27,432 bases of DNA from an uncultured virus (IMG/VR IMGVR_UViG_3300017989_000061) (Duplodnaviria > Heunggongvirae > Uroviricota > Caudoviricetes). The stretch lies in the IMG/VR virus record IMGVR_UViG_3300017989_000061; one strand, written 5' to 3'. Of the stretch, positions 25,973 to 27,432 are shown piece after piece (the first letter of the stretch is position 1; each line of letters starts with the position of its first letter). The position numbers were made by a program, and so were the translations under genes. The notes under the pieces were generated by a model, which saw nothing but the letters and a program-made list of their open reading frames with translations, was not told the DNA's origin and did no database searches.

Positions 25973-26199
25973 CATTTCTGGTAGTCAACAATGAGTTTAA
26001 CCGGGTGAACTATCCCAAACTCATTGGGCAAGTGCTGCACAGCCCACCGGGCTATGCCCACGTCAAACCTGTTGACACCCAAGAAACAAGTGTCAGACAG
26101 GTCACAACGAACAATGCACTGATTTGGGGAGAGAAAAATGAACCTGAAAAAGATCTTGATGGAGTTGGGAAATCACTTGGTCATGGATTGTGGATTTGA
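25969..26199 (+). CDS. Small hypothetical protein
   Basis: AAGGAG RBS; 3' end overlaps the next gene. Confidence 0.5.
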   Translation: MTFLVVNNEFNRVNYPKLIGQVLHSPPGYAHVKPVDTQETSVRQVTTNNALIWGEKNEPEKDLDGVGKSLGHGLWI

Positions 26200-26533
26200 T
26201 CCTCCAGTCCTGCCGATTGTCAACTTCACCAACTGGCTCAATGATGATGATAACGCACGTGGCTTTCTTGCAGGTTACGGTTGTTATTGGCCAGTTGTCG
26301 GTGAGTCAGCCGAGACACCCGATGAACAGGTAGCAAAAGACAACTTCAAAGTTCTGATTTATGCTGTCATGCGGTCAACGCCGACCGATGATCGTATGCC
26401 AATCTGGGCATTTGAACGATTCCTCAATGATGAACCTGAAGCCCGATTCTGGCTGATGGAACAGGGAGTTAACTGGCCGATGACACCCGTCATGGGTTTA
26501 GTTCGACAAGCCGACAAACTTCGGGGAAAGTGA
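26138..26533 (+). CDS. Hypothetical protein with an internal repeat
   Basis: GGGGAGAG RBS; F..[WF]LND...AR..L...G..WP occurs twice. Confidence 0.75.
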   Translation: MNLKKILMELGNHLVMDCGFDPPVLPIVNFTNWLNDDDNARGFLAGYGCYWPVVGESAETPDEQVAKDNFKVLIYAVMRSTPTDDRMPIWAFERFLNDEPEARFWLMEQGVNWPMTPVMGLVRQADKLRGK

Positions 26534-26712
26534 TGAAACTCAAACAATGGTCTGAAAAGACCGGCATCAAAGCCACTACTCCCACAACCGAAACTAATGC
26601 AGTTTCGGTTGTGGTGGATCAACAGCACGAAGATCGTCTCAAATTGTGGCACCTGACTGATTATCTTGTGTCCTCACAATGCGGGGTAGTGGTCTGGCTC
26701 ATCCCTCGATGA
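26533..26712 (+). CDS. Small hypothetical protein
   Basis: TGATG coupling. Confidence 0.6.
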   Translation: MKLKQWSEKTGIKATTPTTETNAVSVVVDQQHEDRLKLWHLTDYLVSSQCGVVVWLIPR

Positions 26713-26754
26713 CACCCGTTGACAATTCATCAACAACGCTCATGGGGAGAAACA

Positions 26755-27219
26755 ATGAAAATCAAGTTCAATCTGTTCAAAGACTCAGGAACACTCGTTG
26801 TCCAGAAAGAGGACACCGACCAAAAAGCTACGGCAAGTGGATACACCCGCCATGTTCATGGTTGGGGAGCTGAAATTCACCTGCTGCATCTGATTCGTCA
26901 ACGACTAATGGGCATTGGGCTCAATCTGGCTCGTGTCAAGGTTTCTAGTGATGCACATTTGTTCGGTGACGATCATATGTGCTATCTGAGGACACCCGGT
27001 AAACTGGCAACGAAGTCAAGCCGAACACCACACATGTGGATTGTGGATCGTAATTACGCAATCCGATCAAGTTCGGAAGAGTACAACGATGGGAAAGAAG
27101 TAATCTTCGGAATCGACGGGGATATCTTCAACAAACAACCAAACTGGCTCGAACTACTCAAAGGCATCTGCGACAAAGCCGGTGTTGAGTGTGTTGTCCG
27201 ACACCCAGTAACAGCGTAA
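26755..27219 (+). CDS. Hypothetical protein
   Basis: GGGGAG RBS, ATG 26755. Confidence 0.8.
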   Translation: MKIKFNLFKDSGTLVVQKEDTDQKATASGYTRHVHGWGAEIHLLHLIRQRLMGIGLNLARVKVSSDAHLFGDDHMCYLRTPGKLATKSSRTPHMWIVDRNYAIRSSSEEYNDGKEVIFGIDGDIFNKQPNWLELLKGICDKAGVECVVRHPVTA

Positions 27220-27235
27220 CAAAGCCGCTCCAATA

Positions 27236-27432
27236 AGCCTCTGGCAAAGGCAAGTCAACTAGGTGGAGAAGTCCAATGGAGTAGTCAGCCTGAATCCCTG
27301 ATGCACCCGGTTGTGGCAGGGTAGGGCGTTAAGTAACCGGGGGCACGGTCACGAGGAGCGCCAACGTGGTGGTGGCCGTGTCACAGTTAACTCTTTCGGG
27401 GATGAATGGTATTGACAGGCTATCACGCTGAA
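27236..27432 (+). ncRNA. Candidate structured RNA, possibly truncated by the window end
   Basis: AGCCTG/CAGGCT, CCCGGTT/AACCGGG and GCACGGTCAC/GTGGCCGTGT stems; no ORF in the track. Confidence 0.45.

Larger units (their letters stand above)
660..27206 (+). repeat. Dispersed, strand-polarised motif GACACC(Y), ~87 copies
   Basis: Manual scan: 53 GACACCC, 21 GACACCT, 9 GACACCG, 4 GACACCA on +; no GGTGTC seen on +; roughly 6-7 copies expected by chance. Confidence 0.95.

Noticed and set aside
687..26652. Minus-strand and nested alternative-frame ORFs in the track (e.g. 15034..15699, 23390..24094, 9147..9527)
   Set aside because: They shadow better + strand genes that have RBSs and tight coupling; no recognisable motifs.
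660..27206. GACACC array as CRISPR or integron attC sites
   Set aside because: Only 6-7 bp are conserved, spacing varies from 42 to 658 bp, many sites are intragenic, there is no attC palindromic structure, and no cas or intI gene is present.
660..27206. Type III restriction-site orientation bias as the full explanation
   Set aside because: It could explain absence on one strand (as for EcoP15 sites in T7) but not >10-fold enrichment or even spacing.
1..27432. Alternative genetic code (stop-codon recoding)
   Set aside because: TAA, TAG and TGA are all followed by RBS-ATG starts, and known domains (ParB, DUF932, LPD11) are uninterrupted in the standard code.

Overview
About 70 short, tightly packed ORFs, all on the + strand and mostly hypothetical, with no structural, replication-enzyme or housekeeping genes. 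This looks like the accessory/early region of a large phage or phage-like element; a Planctomycetota host is a weak inference. Recognisable proteins are an orphan ParB-like protein, a DUF932 protein, standalone LPD11, YodL-like and S4-like domains, a protein with a topoisomerase-type C4 zinc ribbon and a DUF5658-like membrane protein. The strongest signal is not a gene. The asymmetric hexamer GACACC (consensus GACACCY) occurs about 87 times by manual count on the + strand, and I found none on the - strand. It is spaced unusually evenly (~300 bp), inside genes and fused to stop codons and RBSs, and does not flip at a clear local GC-skew inversion near 11.4-11.7 kb (candidate origin). It also anchors a recurring gene-leader module (GACACCC..CATCAACA..GGGGAGAG..ATG). 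Several intergenic gaps fold into structured RNAs, including a tRNA/tmRNA-like 117-nt element and a ~300-450-nt candidate ncRNA. Counts and pairings were done by eye, and family calls are from recalled motifs, not database searches.
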